A DNA stretch of 64,000 nt. Origin: Amphiscolops sp. MND2022. Its lineage: Eukaryota. The stretch covers positions 23,438,001 to 23,502,000 of the forward strand of contig OZ076409.1 of the NCBI GenBank assembly GCA_964187785.1. The letters are read 5' to 3'. Made by a program: the position numbers and the translations under genes. The first letter of the stretch is position 1; each line of letters begins with the position of its first letter. Shown here piece after piece: positions 23,901 through 35,411 of this stretch. Below the pieces are notes generated by a model that was not told the DNA's origin, ran no database searches, and saw only the letters and a program-made list of their open reading frames with translations.

Positions 23901-25858
23901 AATATGGCTGTCCTCATTTGCGGAATCTCTGTCGAGGCTATTCACAGGCATTTTCAAAAAAATTACGACAGATAAAATTCCATAAATGGTTGCATTTAAC
24001 CTTTCTAGAAATTCTGATTGCTTTTCGAACATTTACCTGTAATAATGCTTTCTTCTGTAACATTTTTCATAATCAAGAGCGAATCAATTTTCCCACTGCC
24101 TTAGAAACAAGCTGGAATATTAACATCGGCATTAACCTTTTTGCCGGTAGCAAAAAAGTCATTAGCCCTTGTAAGTTTTTTTTGAGTTACACTGAAAGCA
24201 GCTAGTGAAAGGCATATTTTCACAAATAGAGAGCGATGCTGTTCATTGACTAAGCGATCGTTACCTTACACTTCAGCTCAAATCGGTTTTCTGTTCCTGA
24301 AAGCCCTTCACGTAAGCTTTCAAATGCACACTGGGAGTTAGTGCACCAATTAGACTGGGAGTTGGCGCCATCCAAATGGCGGTCGTACTCATTGCTGAAG
24401 CTTCATTTGAAAAATCCTTTTTGCGTTTTCAATGATGACTTATTGTATAACTAGAGTGGGACAGTAACTTAGCAAACAGTTGCTCCAGTTATTGAGAAAA
24501 TACAAATTTTTTGAACTTTTTTGAAATGTTTTTTTTGCAAGTTTTTTCAGTTACTTTTTTGACGATGGCATGGAAAAAAACTAAATTGACTCATAACAAC
24601 GCACCCCAGTTAGTCCAATAGCTAGCTTGTGAATAAGAAAGCTTGTTTTCTTATGTTTTTTGTTTTTCGAAATTTTTTATCGATTCTGAAAAATATGGCT
24701 GTCCTCATTTGCGGAATCTCTGTCGAGGCTATTCACAGGCATTTTCAAAAAAATTACGACAGATAAAATTCCATAAATGGTTGCATTTAACCTTTCTAGA
24801 AATTCTGATTGCTTTTCGAACATTTACCTGTAACAATGCTTTCTTCTGTAACATTTTTCATAATCAAGAGCGAATCAATTCTCCCACTGCCTTAGAAACA
24901 AGCTGGAATATTAACATCGGCATTAACCTTTTTTGCCGGTAGCAAAAAAGTCATTAGCCCTTGTAAGTTTTTTTCTTGAGTTACACTGAAAGCAGCTAGT
25001 GAAAGGCATATTTTCACAAATAGAGAGCGATGTTGTTCATTGACTAAGCGATCGTTACCTTACACTTCAGCTCAAATCGGTTTTCTGTTCCTGAAAGCCC
25101 TTCACGTAAGCTTTCAAATGCACACTGGGAGTTAGTGCACCAATTAGACTGGGAGTTGGCGCCATCCAAATGGCGGTCGTACTCATTGCTGAAGCTTCAT
25201 TTGAAAAATCCTTTTTGCGTTTTCAATGATGACTTATTGTATAACTAGAGTGGGACAGTAACTTAGCAAACAGTTGCTCCAGTTATTGAGAAAATACAAA
25301 TTTTTTGAACTTTTTTGAAATGTTTTTTTTTGCAAATTTTTTCAGTTACTTTTTTGACGATGGCATGGAAAAAAACTAAATTGACTCATAACAACTCACC
25401 CCAGTTAGTCCAATAGCTAGCTTGTGAATAAGAAAGCTTGTTTTCTTATGTTTTTTGTTTTTCGAAATTTTTTATCGATTCTGAAAAATATGGCTGTCCT
25501 CATTTGCGGAATCTCTGTCGAGGCTATTCACAGGCATTTTCAAAAAAATTACGACAGATAAAATTCCATAAATGGTTGCATTTAACCTTTCTAGAAATTC
25601 TGATTGCTTTTCGAACATTTACCTGTAATAATGCTTTCTTCTGTAACATTTTTCATAATCAAGAGCGAATCAATTCTCCCACTGCCTTAGAAACAAGCTG
25701 GAATATTAACATCGGCATTAACCTTTTTTGCCGGTAGCAAAAAAGTCATTAGCCCTTGTAAGTTTTTTTCTTGAGTTACCCTGAAAGCAGCTAGTGAAAG
25801 GCATATTTTCACAAATAGAGAGCGATGCTGTTCATTGACTAAGCGATCGTTACCTTAC
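17922..25858. repeat. Tandem array of 10 near-identical ~794-bp units
   Basis: Unit acttcagctcaaatcgg...cgttaccttac starts at 17922, 18714, 19509, 20303, 21096, 21891, 22683, 23478, 24270 and 25064; the array ends at 25858. Units differ by a few SNPs and homopolymer lengths. Confidence 0.98.
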
Positions 25859-26272
25859 GCTACCAGAGCCAGCCTTAGAGCTTTGACAGCTTTCAAAAAA
25901 GTGCGAATCATTTACAGTAAAAGAATCGAACCCCTAAATGATATTAATGTTTCGAACACTCTTTTCGTGCTAGCATCATCATTTAATTTAATCATCAGGA
26001 GAGAAGCATTTGACAAAAGAAGTTCTTGAATTTAATCTACTTTACATTCGTGTTTGTTTGAAAGTTGTTGCTCTATGCTGATATCAATTTCGCAGGTTTC
26101 GATTTTAACAAATCAACAAAAAAACAAGAATTTTTCTGAATTATTCGAAAGTGGCATTCTAAGTACATTCAAGCAGTTCTGCGAGAATCAAGTGGAGCAA
26201 GAGCAGAACCTGTCACTTGATATGAAAGAATTGTTCAGAAACAGTCTTTTGTTGACTGCAGTCGTCTTCAAT

Positions 26273-26776
26273 GGGAGTGACAGATTTCGTCTCAAACAGA
26301 TTTCGTCCCACATGGAAATTTTGACAGATTTCGTCCCACACAGATTTCGTCCCATTTTTGACAGATTTCGTCCCAAATAATTATTATAACGTAGTCAGCT
26401 ATGTTAACATACCCCTAGTGCCCTAAATGCAGGAGCGAAGCGAAGCGGAGCGACGTGCCATATGGCCATGCCTCAATATTGCTACTTGGCGAAGGGAGCG
26501 AAGCGACCGGAGCCATACAACAAATATGCTAACCTCTTCAAAAAAATCAAGTTCCATACATATTGGCTGTAACAGCACCGAATGAAGAATCACCGAATAG
26601 ATTATACCGATTAGCGCTTAATTTTGTGTATAGCATAGAATAATTTCCCATACTATTAGTAATCCGGGACAAAATCTGTCAAAAATGGGACGAAATCTGT
26701 TAAAAATGGGACGAAATCTGTTAAAAATGGGACGAAATCTGTCAAAATTCGACGTGGGACGAAATCTGCCACATTC
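26273..26776. mobile_element. Foldback/Mutator-like MITE with modular TIRs and a 9-bp TSD
   Basis: Left arm has repeated acagatttcgtccca and right arm has repeated tgggacgaaatctgt. Perfect direct repeat gtcttcaat at 26264-26272 and 26777-26785. Confidence 0.85.
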
Positions 26777-29099
26777 GTCTTCAATACACGATACAAAGCG
26801 TTACATGGACCTTCTGCCCACGAAAGTTGTTGTACTCGACTCTAGTTGTGGCACTGGTATTTTCTGCTTCCTCTGATGAGTTTTCAGGAAAAAAATCGAC
26901 GAAGGATTAGCAAAGTTTGTCTTAAATTTGATAAAAGAGCTGCATAAAGATATCCGTGATGTGCAATCATGTGTTGATGAAATTCTTCAATGAAGTCTCG
27001 GCCTCATGCTTTTTTGACTAAAACGTGTTTATCTTCAAAAACCCGATGACTTTATAGTTTCAAATTCGTAGAAATTGAGTTTCCTGTCAAAATTTTGAAA
27101 AAAAAATTGGCATTAGCCCTGTACGAACGCGTGTTCAGAGATTCGGGCGTCTTTGCAATGAAAACTTATTTTCAAATGCGCTGAGAAATGCGGGAGAAGT
27201 TATTTCAAGAGTCTCTCTTGAGTGAGACCACATGTAGCCGTAGTGTTTATACCTCTACGCAGGTTAATAACCCATTTTCAAACTTCAAGGCGATGAACTA
27301 GCTAGTATTTTCAGTCCGAATTAGTGAAAAGACCGTTTTTTTAAAATTTTTTCAGCCCAAACACGCTGTTGCTGAGACCGTGTATTGGTGCAATGGTTTT
27401 ACGTATGCTAGCTTAGCTCAAAAAGCTCGTGTGATGACGGTGGAAGCTGATGTGAAGTGTCTTGAAGGACATCTATTTTGTTGGAACGCTAAATGTGACA
27501 TCCTAACTGTTTCAAAGTTTTTGAGCCCACAACAGATGCATGGCTTTCTCATAGGAAATATTCTTGACTTATCTATTTTCGTGCAGAAGTCTACTTTCAT
27601 CATTAAAATATAGTCAAAAAATTAATTTCTTCAATTTCAAAACGTATCTGTTCCCATTTTTGTATTCACTTCTCTGAGTCGGACCCCCACAAATTATTTT
27701 AGTCAAATGGAGAAGTTTTCAGTTTGTACCTTGTTCAAAAAACTGAATAAAATACGTTATGTTTTCACCAATTCCCGACTTCATAGGGAAATGAACGATA
27801 CGTTCTTTGGGGCTCCGTACGATACGTTTATTAATAGTTGTTTACTTACTCTTACCACGGATTTTACGCTAGACGTTTTCTGTAACTGCGAAGCGTTTAG
27901 GGTTCGTCTTCAAATGTCTTATTTTTAATCCAGAAATTTTACACGCTGAACTCGATACAAAGTTCGTAATGGTTAAAAAGTCTGTCATTGTTCAACTCTC
28001 GCAGCTACGTTCAACTTTTCGCATACTGTGCAAGCCATGCGCTTAGTACTTCACAGCCTCTTTCATGCTTGCCAGAAAGTTTTGCAATCATTTTGTACCT
28101 TCAAATCGTTCGAACGGGCAATTTTCTGCGCCTTTTTTGAAAAATAAATTTTTGAAGAGAAAGTTATTGCGCTTCGGAGAATTTTTTTTACAACACCTAC
28201 ATAAATAGCACTGAAACAAACAGTCGTAAACGTTTCCGCACGAGAAAGATCGGAGAGATCGAACCCAGAAACTCCTTTGTTAGTCCGTGGAACTGAGCAA
28301 TAGGACTATTTGGTCATCCGGCTTACTTCACGCGACTGAACTCACTAACAATACAGAAACTAATTTTTGACAAAAACATTTGGAAGCAAAATAATTCTCT
28401 GAAATTTTTCATTTTCAATCAAACGCTTTTATGTATACAGTACTGTGGTTAAGAAAACGTTCCCCGGGGCGATTTTAGGCTCGATTTTCTCGAAATCTGT
28501 TGAGAATTTTGAAAACATCAGAAATAAAAGTTTCTCAGAATTTTATCTAGTTTATATTAGTATTCTTCAAATTTTTCTGGGACAAAAGAAGAGGAAATTA
28601 CAAATATCTGATTTTGAGCAAATTTGGTACTTTTTTTCTGTTTTTCCATTTTTTGACAGTTTTATCCAGTTTTTTGGCAAGTTTTGTCCTCAAATAACTC
28701 GCACAAATCTACTGAATCCATGAATAATTTTCCATTTAAAAAATTATCAACCGTTTTCGAAATATCATGCTCGAAAGGTAAATTTTCGTCGATTTCCATG
28801 TTTTAAGATAGGAAATGACCGTTTCGCTGCGAAAAACTGCGATTATTTTTTCATTTAAAATTTTGAAACAAAATTATATCATTGATATCATCTTCCTAAA
28901 CTAAAAATAAGAAAAAAAGCATAAAGTTTTTCATTCTTTTTGGTCTAATACTTAATTTATTAGTATCAAAAGAAATGCCTGTGCAACCAATGAATGGACA
29001 GTCCCCAATGAGATACGAACTAAGATCCAAGTGCAAACATTTTAAACATAATCGTTTTTTATATCCGTAATCTCTCCACTAATTAAAGAAATATTCCTC

Positions 29100-32000
29100 T
29101 TTTGGTATAATTTGAAACAAACATCAATTGGCGAGCCTACTTATTCCTTATTTTTAGGATTGCGAACCACATTCAACATGTTTTTTCAATGGAAACTCTC
29201 TTCGAGCGGCGACATTGAAATAAATCCAGGACCACTACTGAACTTCAAGTATTTAACAACCTTGTTCAGGAAGTTTTTCCATCTAAATGCACAAAGTTTA
29301 CTTAAAAAAGATCGACACTCGAAAATCTCATCAACGATCTTGGGGCAAAAACCATTTTTGGTCTTTCAGATTCATGGCTAAAAACCAGCGATGACAAGAA
29401 ATTATGGCAAATAAACCCAACTCATTACAAAACATTTCGGACTGATAGATAAGCACCAAATAGAGAAAATGGTGGAGGTGTAATGCTAACACTTCCTGCA
29501 TGCCTTAATCCCAAAACGCGCAACGATATAAACTATCTGAATAAAGAACTTTTTGGAAGCCTCTGGATCGAATGCAGCTTAAATAATAGTACTTCCAATA
29601 AGCAGAAGCAGTTAATAAATATTAGCTACAACCCGAAAAAAAGCATATTACAATCAATTTCTTGAAGTGTTATCCGTAAGTATTGATCATGCAATTGTCG
29701 AAAATAAACCACTGACAATGATGGGCGATTACGACATAAATTATCTGAACCAGAGAAAAAGAAGATCTTGAGACTGTTATTTTGCCCCATGGGTTCACAA
29801 CAATCAATACTGATCAACCAACCAGAATAAGCAATGAATCGGGGTCATTGATAGATTATATTATCACGGATCACTAATGCTCATTCCTTTTCATCATTTG
29901 TATCTGACAGCCCGTTCGGTACATCAGCTGATAAACCAATTGATCTTTTTGCGACTTCTGTAATTAGTAATATTAAGTTGCAGCCGTCGCCAAAAGTTTT
30001 CATGAAAGAAATTTACGATAAAAAGTCATATAAAAATGAATTTTTTCAAAACTTACTGGGTAATTGTAACTGGATATACTTTTATGGACAAACGTGTCCT
30101 GGGGGAATGTTCTCAATATTAACGAGATTTTTGGAAAATTCCTTGCGTAAATCGATATCAAAGAAAGTTTTCATCCGCAATGATAAGAGTAATCTAACCT
30201 ATGATCAGAAGTGGGTTTCTACTGAGACCAAACGTCTTTATAACAAAATTAGGCAAGATATGAATCCAAATGACCTAAAATACGAACACATACAACAGCA
30301 ATTTATTCGTAATCTCAATTAAGATCACGATGAAAATACATCTAAATATTTCATCGAATTGACTAATGAACGAGAAAAATGGAACTTCATAAATGAGGCG
30401 CGAAACTCACTGAGAACCAAAACTGTCATCCCATCTCTAAAAATTGTTTTTGGAGATTATGTTACAGATCAACAGGAAGTAGCAAACCTCCTCAGTTATA
30501 GATTTTCAAAACTGCGCGGTTTTATTGGGCAATGGAAATTTTCCAAAGAAGAAACGTTTAATATTTCTTCGATCCCAAACTCAGCAAAATTTGGTTTTCA
30601 TCCGATAACTCTGTATGAACGCAAAAAAATAGTGAGGAGCCTAAATACAAAGAAACCACTTGCACCATCTAATATACCTGCATGGGCGCTTAAAGACTCT
30701 CTAAACGTCATTGCTGAATCACTCACATTCCTAATAAATGCGTTTCTTCAACAGGGAAACTTTTCCAAATCATCTTAAAAGAGCTCTTGTAGTACCAATA
30801 TACAAAAATGGTGACGCGGAAGAACCAAGCAATTATAGACCCATATCAATAACTTCAGCCTTATCGAAAGTTTTTGAAAAAGTAATTTGCAATCAAATCC
30901 TAGAACATCTCGAAAGAAATACTTTACTGAGCCAAATTCACTTTGGATTCAGATCAAAGTACTCGACAACTGATGCTCTCTTGTATGCTACGGAAAAAAT
31001 AAGATCTGATATTGAAAATAACAAAATGGTAGCTGCGGCCTTTCTCAACCTATCTAAAGCTTTCGATTCCATCTTCCATGAAATTCTATTGGAAAAGCTC
31101 GAAAATTTAGGATTCGATCAGATAGCTATTCCTTTAATTGAAATCTATCTAAGTAACAACGCAAAACGTTATTCTCCAAAATACATCATCAGATTGGATT
31201 GACTCATACCAGGGTGTTCCACAAGGTACTATTCTCGGTCCTCTCCTATTTAATCTATATGTTAATAGTATGCAGAGTGAAATCCAAGAATCATGTGAAC
31301 TGGTTCAATATGCAGATGACACTTTTCTGTTTGTCTCCAATGAATGTCTCAATACTGCCATAAGTCAACTTGAAACTAATGCTGCCAACTTAGTAGACTA
31401 TTTTGAAAGGCATCGATTTAACCTCAACGAGAGTAAAACTGACTTCATTGTTTTCTGTGAAAGATCTAAAAACAATTCTACAAAAACCTAACATTTCGTG
31501 TTAGAAATCATAGGACAAAACATTCTTCGTTTGTGAAATATCTTGGAGTATACTTAGATCAAAATTTGACATATGAGTAAGAAGTGAAAAATATTTTAAA
31601 AATGGCATGTGGTAATAAATTTTTATACTCAGTGAAATCGTTTCTACCAGATAAAAGATGTCTAATGCTACTCAACTCTTTTGTTATTAGCCATATATAT
31701 TACCCAGATTACCCAGCAGTATTACTTAATGGAATTTCGCAAAATTTAATTACAACCCTAAAGAAACAACTAAATTGGGATGTGAAAGATTGTTTAAACA
31801 GAAGAAATATGATTCCTCTAGTGATCTAAAAATAAAGTACAATTTTTTTCCGATCAGAATTCTTTTAGATCTAAAAGCAGTCACCTACTTCTGGAAATAT
31901 CAGAATAACCTACTACCTGCCTTTAAGAGCTCGAATAAAATAACAACTGCTCTGATAAAAACACAGTCACGGACAAAGGAAATTAGTTGCGGTTGTCTAG

Positions 32001-32230
32001 CAAAGAGTGCTTTCATGAAAAATAGTTTCTTCATGAGAATTATACCCTTGTGGAACAGCCTACCACTAATGTTATTCAAGAAAAAATATTCTATCGAAAC
32101 TATGAAAATTAAACTGAAACGATACTTTATTGGTAAAATAGCCCATGAAATAGAGCATCCAGAATATAGGAAGAAGTGTTGGAGAGATTACCGGTTTTAA
32201 TGTTACATAAACCTATTATTATTCACTTTC
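29100..32230 (+). mobile_element. Degraded CR1/L2-group LINE ORF2 (2A-like motif, APE endonuclease, RT)
   Basis: Fragments in order: GDIEINPGP, FFHLNAQSL, GGGVML, MGDYDIN, PTRI..SLIDYII (APE); NYRPISITSALSKVFEK, FGFRSKYST, FLNLSKAFDSI, GVPQGTILGPLLF, QYADD, KYLGV (RT); SFFMRIIPLWNSLP (C-terminus). Many frameshifts and stops. Confidence 0.92.
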
Positions 32231-34327
32231 ATTTTAACATCAACTTGTTGTTCAGTCTTGTACACTGCCTTTAATAATTCAACGATTGCGTTTTATTTGA
32301 AAAGGAAATTCAGTGTTTTTTATCTATAAAATCTGCAGAATTCGACTAATTTAAAATTTTCGGGAAAATATTTCAAAAACGTGCCCGAAACTTGGACAAT
32401 AGCAGAAGTGTTCTTTCTGCGCCGGAAATTTCACTTGTTGCGCCATTCAGAATTGAAAGTGAGAGCAAATAAGCAATTCTAATTGGTTGATAACGACGCT
32501 CACCGCATAGGGGGACGATTTCTCATTCACATTACTGTACCATACTGTAATAATGAATTGGCCCCCTGATTGTAAAAAATGATTTGGTCTGAAAGTAAAG
32601 TAGCTCGAAACACGAGTGATTTTGTAGGTAATAAAAAACGCTTGATCTGATATTAAATTTGTGAAAACACTTCAGAATCAGTTTTGCAAACACTTTTGGA
32701 GCGTTGTAAAATGAGTTTCACCAACTTGTATCTACTACTAAATTTTGATCTAGGAGCAAATTTTGCAAAATTAAATATCTGACACACGCAGTTTTACAAT
32801 TTTGTTGAATTGACAGAGACTAATCCATCCACTAACGACGATAATGTTTTGTTTACAGAAACCTTTTATGTAAGGTTTCTTTCAAAAGTAATTTTTTGCC
32901 CTTTCTTACTACATTGCATCATTACGATACCTATGCCGCAACGAACTAGCAAGATCTTGCTAGTTCGATTAACAGCCAATAAAAACGCGTTCTTATTTCA
33001 GATACGCGTTACGAGTTTTGCTCGTTACACTGTGTGATTTCGCGTTACGCGTAGTGATCAAAATACAGTAAATGACTACTTTACACTCTCTACAATTACT
33101 CTCTACTTTACATGTTCTGTTCAAGAAGGTGTCTTTTCAGAGTTTTGCTATAAAAATTATTTCAGTGGATACTTCTCATGAAAAAGCGAACTTTTTTTAA
33201 CACTCAAGGCTTTCGAAATTTGAACTAAAATGGTTAGAAACGAAATCAGTTGTAAAATGCACAGTTTCCAAGTTTTTGTAAATTGATCTCAGAATTTTCA
33301 AACAAAATTGTTTGTACTCAACGTTAAGTTTTATTAAACTTTTAGATTTACAGTTTTCCAAAATACTTTTTCGTTCAGAAGATTTTGGTCTCCTTTAATC
33401 GAGTCCATATCATTTTTTACAATCAGAGGTCCAATTCATTTATTACTGTGGTATATGCTCAGACATGCAAGTTGATGCTTTGAAATCTACATCGACAATT
33501 ATTCTACCCTATCATCATGATATGCTACTCAATTTGAACCCCAATGATTTGAACATTTCAAATTAAATACTTTCTCGTTCATATTTAGATCCGACTTCGA
33601 TGCGGTCTAATGAATGAAAACAGCAAAGAGGTTCAACTTATCTCTTATCTCATTCGAATTCGAGTTGGTGGTTACGGAGTTCTTTTACCTCGTAACATCA
33701 GGAGTTCTTCTTGATGCTAGAGTTAGTTAGTTTAGCCATTTCATGATGCAATTTTTCTTGTTGTTGATTTGTGCAGATGTTTGTTACATTTCATTCGTGC
33801 TAAAGCTGAAATGAAGGCATCGCAAATACCCTGTTTTTAGTCGGCGCCTTTTCCCTTAAGGAAAAAAGCCCGACTATTACAGTGGGAAGAAAATGAATAA
33901 GGACTCACAATCCACGGCTGTGTGATCTTCTTGGCTGGATCATGTCCAAGAACTCAAGAGTACATATTTTTATGCAAAATTGATTTTTCACAGTTTGAGG
34001 CAGCTGATTGTGCTGGAATGTTCAAATTGCCCCCCAAGGATGATGTGGCGCCGCATGAAAAAACCTCATTAATTCTTGTCTCGCAGTGCTGAAACGTTCA
34101 CATGGAAAAAGACAAAAAATGAGAAATCTGAACAAATCGATAAAGAAAGCTTTTTATAAAGTTCTGTTCATACTAGATTATTATTGAGACTGGTTATGTC
34201 TACTTTTTACTGAACAATTCTTCAGCCTTGGTTACAGAAATCGAGTAGTGATATATCCCGAATTGATAGTTAACCGAGAGCTTAGTTACCTTAGAAAGAG
34301 TGAATGCAAAGGGATTATATACTAGTA

Positions 34328-34498
34328 CAGTCAACTCCGGTTAATTCGTATCCGGATAATTCGGATTTTTGTTCAATTCGTATGTACCTGAGACCCCTAT
34401 TTCGCGATAACCAAAGTAATATCATCCGGGTAATTCGTGTTTCTCATTTTCGACATTTTATTCAGCCCATAGCGGTACGCATTAGGCGGATTCAACTG
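34328..34498. mobile_element. Tc1/pogo-type MITE
   Basis: TA|cagtcaactccggttaattcg ... cgcattaggcggattcaactg|TA: imperfect TIRs flanked by TA. Confidence 0.6.
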
Positions 34499-35411
34499 TA
34501 CTCCCATATGTTTTAGTGGAAAACTTTAATCTCTTATATTCGAGTATCAAAGCATAGCATGCAATATTTGGATTCTTCGTGAGGAAGTTAACAAGCAGGG
34601 TTTGCACTTTTTGCCTAAGTTTCAAAAAACCATTTTCTCGGAAATTATGCCGAGATTTACTAGATTTAATAGAATTTTAATAGAAATTTAATAGAATTTT
34701 CCCAAAAAATATTCCAAAAAATCTGTGGATAGACTAGACATTCTTGAAATTCATTGGAATTTTTTTGATTGAAAATATGACCGATGAAATACGAATAAAT
34801 TCTCAAGAGTTCAATTTTCTTAAAAGCCTTTTTAAATTTTACTTTGAAAAAAAAAACAAGTTCCACTTCGATAGGCTCTGGGTATCTTTACTCGAGCTAA
34901 TTCAGCGACTGAACGGCTGTCTCGCAAATTGTCAGGATCGTTCAGTTTATCATTGCGAATTTAGGATTCAATTTCATCATGACGACAAAGTAAATTCAGC
35001 TCACTGGGTACTGTCACCAAAATTACCTCATACTATTTTTCTAAAATGAGAAAACATAGGAATTAGAGATGCTGAAGGAATAACTTGAGTGAATGATGAA
35101 CCAAGGTAGAAATCGATGGTATTTGTGAGCGAATTTAAAATATTTCCTACGTCAACAAGTTATGAATCGTTCACCTTTTGATTTCAAACAATGCCAAAAC
35201 ACAATGTACACATAACTTGGCTCCAAAACGGCATCAATTGTTCTCTTTCATTCCCTCGAATGGTTAAGTGAATTTGTGAGCACGCTTAAGATTTTCGAGG
35301 AGTAATTGAGGGCTTCATCACAAAACCTCATAACCAAGCAATAGAAGTCCAAGTTCTTAAATCATTAATCCAAGTAAAAGGGAGGAAAACTAAGAAAAAA
35401 AGGCAACCAGA

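Noticed and set aside
18294..25737. Ten repeated 99-aa ORFs (MFSYVFCFSKFF...) as a tandem gene cluster
   Set aside because: They start at TTG, are F/K/N-rich as expected from AT-rich noncoding DNA, have no domain, and one copy is frameshifted. They are a by-product of the repeat.
17922..25858. CRISPR array or tandem RNA-gene (5S/snRNA/SL) cluster
   Set aside because: There are no unique spacers, the context is eukaryotic, and I recognise no structural RNA in the unit. An Rfam search would be needed to exclude this fully.
26281..26770. Short 15-20-bp repeats as a CRISPR-like or iteron array
   Set aside because: They form the two inverted arms of a TSD-flanked MITE.
28443..32532. DNA transposon with TIRs enclosing the LINE
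   Set aside because: The inverted similarity (tgtggttaagaaaacgttcccc / ggggacgatttctcattcaca) is too degenerate and no convincing TSD is seen.
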